The notes beneath the pieces were generated by a model, which saw only the letters and a list, made by a program, of their open reading frames with translations, had not been told where the DNA came from and ran no database searches. A DNA stretch of 64,000 bases. It comes from Eledone cirrhosa (taxonomy: Eukaryota). Below, piece by piece: positions 59,713-64,000 of this stretch. Within the stretch, counting starts at the first letter, position 1, and the number at the start of each line of letters is the position of its first letter. The position numbers and the translations under genes were made by a program. The DNA is taken from NCBI GenBank assembly GCA_964016885.1, contig OZ024753.1, forward strand, positions 11,842,001-11,906,000. Reading direction: 5' to 3'.

Positions 59713-59969
59713 TACGGGGTCGATAAAATAATGTGCCAGTAATATATTACTGGCACATTATTTTATCGACCCCGTAAGGATGAAAGGCAAAGTTAACCTC
59801 GGCGGGATTTGAACTCAGAATGGCAAGGGCCGTAACTCCATGCGTCAAGGCATGGCGTCCGACGCCTGTACCGATACTGCCAATCCACATAATGCAATTA
59901 CCCAGTGCATAAAGTACCAGTAATGCACTGGGTAATTGCCGGCCTTGTGCCTAAAGTAGAAACAATTAT
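59713..59969 (-). mobile_element. SINE (59745-59890) with fold-back pieces on both sides
   Basis: Same family as 5313-6545; palindrome at 59713-59776 and inverted tail pieces at 59893-59969. Confidence 0.85.
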
Positions 59970-59981
59970 ATATATATTATA

Positions 59982-60032
<51 letters not shown>

Positions 60033-60512
60033 TACATCTTTATATATTGTATATTATATATGAACATACATACATATCGCACGAGAGAGAGAGGGAGAGA
60101 GAAAGAGGGAGAGCAGATAGTGAAAGAGAACGACAAAGATGGATAACATGAAAGTTATTCGAGTGATCACGTGATCAGTTTATTTGGGATTCAATAAAAT
60201 TTTTATATAAAGTAGTAAAAACAGTTTTTAAAAAAAAACATACGAATTATAAAAAAAAACGAAAATATTAACATAAGCTCTCTCTCTCTCTCTCTCTCTC
60301 ATTTTGTTTCGCCTAAAGCGATATGTATATATATATATATATATCTATGTATGAGTGTATGTATATAATAGTGTGCATTTATATATGTAATATATATGGT
60401 TTCGTACGTGTATATATCTATATATGTAAGAACGTGTGTATGTATATAGTTATGTATGTATGCATGTATGTACGTACTTATGTGTATATGTGTATAAGCG
60501 TGCAATTATGTG

Positions 60513-60551
<39 letters not shown>

Positions 60552-61096
60552 TTGTTTACATGTGTATATATATATATATATATATGTATGAAAGTTTGTA
60601 TGTATATAGTTATGTCTGCATGTATGTACGTAAGTATGTATGCATGTATGTACATATTTATAACTGCGTGTATGTGTATAATTGATGCGTGCATGTATAT
60701 ATATATATATATGGTTGTGCAAGTGTATATGTATGAACGTCTGTATGTATATAGTTATGTATATATACATATGAACGTAAGTATGCATTCATGTATGTAT
60801 GTACGTAAGTATCTATGCATGTATGTAGGTGTGTATATTTGTATGTGTGTATATTTGTATGCATATATGTATGTGTGTATGGATGGATGTGTCTATGTAT
60901 CTATATATGGATGTATGAACGTGTGTGTATATATATATGTGTATTTTAAAGATGAAATGTAAATATCTAAAGATTTTTCCTTCCTTCTGCAATCTCATTT
61001 AATTTTCAACATGAATGACTTTGAAAACCTACACAAAGGAGTAGATATTTATGTTTGTATACGTTACATCTATATTAATATGTACATATAAATACG

Positions 61097-61874
61097 TATA
61101 CATACATACATACATACATACATACATACATACATACATACATACAGACACACAATACAGACACACAATACAGACACACAATACAGACACACAATACAGA
61201 CACACAATACAGACACACAATACAGACACACAATACAGACACACAATACAGACACACAATACAGACACACAATACAGACACACAATACAGACACACAATA
61301 CAGACACACAATACAGACACACAATACAGACACACAATACAGACACACAATACAGACACACAATACAGACACACAATACAGACACACAATACAGACACAC
61401 AATACAGACACACAATACAGACACACAATACAGACACACAATACAGACACACAATACAGACACACAATACAGACACACAATACAGACACACAATACAGAC
61501 ACACAATACAGACACACAATACAGACACACAATACAGACACACAATACAGACACACAATACAGACACATATATATACATACACATATATATACATACACA
61601 TATATATACATACACATATATATACATACACATATATATACATACACATATATATACATACACATATATATACATACACATATATATACATACACATATA
61701 TATACATACACATATATATACATACACATATATATACATACACATATATATACATACACATATATATACATACACATATATATACATACATACATATATA
61801 TAAATACATTTAGTCTTCAAATTTATTATTATTACTATATATATATATATAGCTACATCTATGACAGTATTTGC

Positions 61875-61908
<34 letters not shown>

Positions 61909-61972
61909 CTACATCTATGACAGTGTTTGCATGTATATATATATATATAGCTACATCTATGACTGTATTTTC

Positions 61973-62006
<34 letters not shown>

Positions 62007-62155
62007 CTACATCTATGTCTGTATTTGCATGTATATATATATATATAGCTACATCTATGTCTGTATTTGCATGTATATATATATATAGCTACATCTATGA
62101 CTGCATTTGCATGTGTATATATATATATATATATAGCTACATCTATGTCTGTATT

Positions 62156-62190
<35 letters not shown>

Positions 62191-62207
62191 CTACATCTGT
62201 CTGTATT

Positions 62208-62250
<43 letters not shown>

Positions 62251-62285
62251 CTACATCTATGACTGTATTTGCATGTATATATATA
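61097..62285. repeat. tandem arrays: (TACA)n, 13-bp acagacacacaat, 16-bp acacatatatatacat, and tagctacatctatgactgtatttgcatg(ta)n
   Basis: Direct reading. Confidence 0.95.
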
Positions 62286-62368
62286 TATATTATATATTTA
62301 TATGTACAAAGTTTGAGAAAAAATGCTTATTCTTCCTACGAAATTGCATACATATGCTACATAAATAT

Positions 62369-62408
<40 letters not shown>

Positions 62409-62660
62409 CTTGTTTTAATCTGTCAGTAAATCTTTGAATGCTTGCATACGAACAAATATACATGCAACTCGATATACACTTATATTTTCCATCATTATTT
62501 ATGCCTATTGGTGAGTTTATTTATGCAATACGCTAATACAAGTATGCCATAGTTTATACACACTCATGAATATATATATGCATATATATATATATAATTA
62601 TATATAAATATATATCTTTATAAATATATATGTATATGTATTTATAATTCTATATGCATT

Positions 62661-62692
<32 letters not shown>

Positions 62693-62790
62693 TGTATGTA
62701 TGTATGTATACGTATGTATGTATATATATATGTATGTATGTATGTATATAAATTACAAAAGTATCAAAGTTATGTTCGAATCTTTTAATC

Positions 62791-62834
62791 GCTGACAATG
62801 TTTCTTCCAAACTTTAGTTTGGAGTCATCGGAGC
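62791..62834 (-). ncRNA. hammerhead-like motif with CCGAUGA core (family D)
   Basis: gct-CCGATGA-c-tccaaac-taaa-gtttgga-a-GAAA-cattg-TC-agc; stems I and II pair perfectly. Confidence 0.62.
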
Positions 62835-63806
62835 ATTATCAATGTTTGTACATATAATTAACCTCCTATTCAACTGAAGAATCATAGATACATATATATA
62901 TTGATGTTGTGAACAACAGTTTAGTATATATAGGGTGTAATGGATGCGACTTATATTATATAAGAATTGTACAATCATTCAAATTAAAATTAGAGTTAAA
63001 TTTAAAAGCACAGTGGAATACATGCGACAGGTAATACAAAGAATAGTCTAATAATTAGATAGGCATTGAGAAAGAAGTATTCAAGCGTGTAGAGATTGTA
63101 CATGCGTTAGTCATATATATGGGAAGGAAACAAGCAAATGTATTAGGCATATACGAGTACTGTATGGCAAGGTATTACATAAAATACAAGCACTTTAAGC
63201 GAATATGTTAGTGTATTATGGAGGATGGAAATCGATATTTTCTGTATAGTTCAAATTTCTATGTGTGTAGAGTATGAAAGTTACTGATTTCACATCCATT
63301 TCATATGTTAAGTTATATTTTAGTTAATGTTTGTATTGAATGTTTTTAGTTAGTTAGAGTAATGGATTGTAAGTTGGTCTTATTGTATTCATATTCATGG
63401 ATTAGAGTTGTTCTACAGCAATGTATGTATGTATGTATGTATGTATGTATGTATATATATATATATGTATATGTTGCGACTATCGCCACTTTGCCCAGGG
63501 AGAAAAACTAATTGGAGTTACTTCCCGTTGAATTCTATAAGATTCCTTGAACTTCCTGTCTAGGTATTATAAAGGAGGGAGAAAAGAGACATGTTAGATT
63601 ATTTGGCGAATGGCAGTTCTCGGACAGTTCACATACGAGCGAGTTTGTTAACCTTATTATATTTGTATTAATTAGTGGTTGGCCTGCAGTGGTGTTTACC
63701 AAAGTAAATAGCCCTGCGACCAATTCATAAAAAGTGGTAACACCGACGTGATATAATAATTCATTAAATATATATATATATGTATGTATAAGTATATATA
63801 TATGTA

Positions 63807-63848
<42 letters not shown>

Positions 63849-64000
63849 AATATATATGTATGTATATGTGTATGTATATATATATGTATGTATGTATATA
63901 TATATGTATGTATGTATATATATATGTATGTATGTGTATATATATATATATGTAAATATATATGTATGTATATGTGTATGTATATATATGTGTATGTATA

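Overview
AT-rich, repeat-saturated animal DNA with a 200-N gap at 37703-37902; the SINE and microsatellite content suggests a cephalopod such as octopus (inference). No host gene is supported, apart from a possible exon end at 2-64, and nearly all long ORFs in the track are microsatellite translations. The real coding remnants are all from mobile elements: two degenerate YVDD-family Penelope-like elements (PLEs), a near-complete frameshifted YRDD (Naiad-type) PLE with tandem pseudo-LTRs, fold-back fragments of a second Naiad-type family, RTE and CRE-like LINE pieces, and a mariner remnant. Non-coding repeats include tRNA-derived SINEs, hAT MITEs with 8-bp TSDs and non-autonomous Helitrons. The main signal not visible in the ORF track is a set of minimal type I hammerhead ribozymes read by eye: eight well-formed motifs from four unrelated sequence families, plus decayed ones. 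They mostly sit next to (TA)n tracts and often form divergent fold-back pairs. They include a CUGAAUGA core-insertion variant with a compensatory stem II change and a CCGAUGA variant. All folds are manual and most repeat boundaries are approximate.
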